A program made the position numbers and the translations under genes. Source: Octopus sinensis (Eukaryota). From it: a stretch of 64,000 bases of DNA. The stretch lies in assembly GCF_006345805.1 (NCBI RefSeq), contig NC_043017.1, forward strand, positions 19,964,001-20,028,000, read 5' to 3'. The notes beneath the pieces are model-generated. The model ran no database searches, had not been told where the DNA came from, and saw only the letters and a list, made by a program, of their open reading frames with translations. Within the stretch, counting starts at the first letter, position 1, and each line of letters starts with the position of its first letter. Below are positions 63,924 to 64,000 of this stretch, piece after piece.

Positions 63924-64000
63924 AACCATTTCTGCTGTTACCCCCACTACTATCTCCACCACTATTTTCAATGCAAGTATTCCCCATACTACTATCACAA

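Noticed and set aside
225-63998. The many ORFs in the supplied track (poly-I/H/L/E/K, YI, HT, CV, YLSI repeats)
   Set aside because: They are translations of di-, tri- and tetranucleotide repeats or of SINE/LINE UTRs, often open on both strands; no recognisable protein domain.

Overview
Eukaryotic, AT-rich, microsatellite-saturated DNA with one 100-N assembly gap. The repeat landscape (tRNA-derived SINEs, RTE and CR1 LINE ends, TTAA-MITEs) is what I recognise from octopus genomes; this is inference from memory, not a search result. No host protein-coding gene can be identified with confidence, and nearly all ORFs in the supplied track are translations of simple repeats. The window reads as intronic or intergenic, with a few exon-like and CpG-retaining regulatory-like islands. 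The most notable unexplained structure is a set of at least 8 minimal type-I hammerhead-ribozyme-like motifs in three short non-coding repeat families. Their stems differ in sequence but keep base pairing, and one family carries the motif downstream of a tRNA-like Pol III head. Every copy here has at least one deviation from the canonical core, so activity is unproven. Also notable: three long foldback inverted repeats, several minisatellites born inside retroelements, and repeated nesting of different elements into one SINE's microsatellite linker. Repeat boundaries are approximate (about 10 bp); SINE family labels A, B and C are my own working names.
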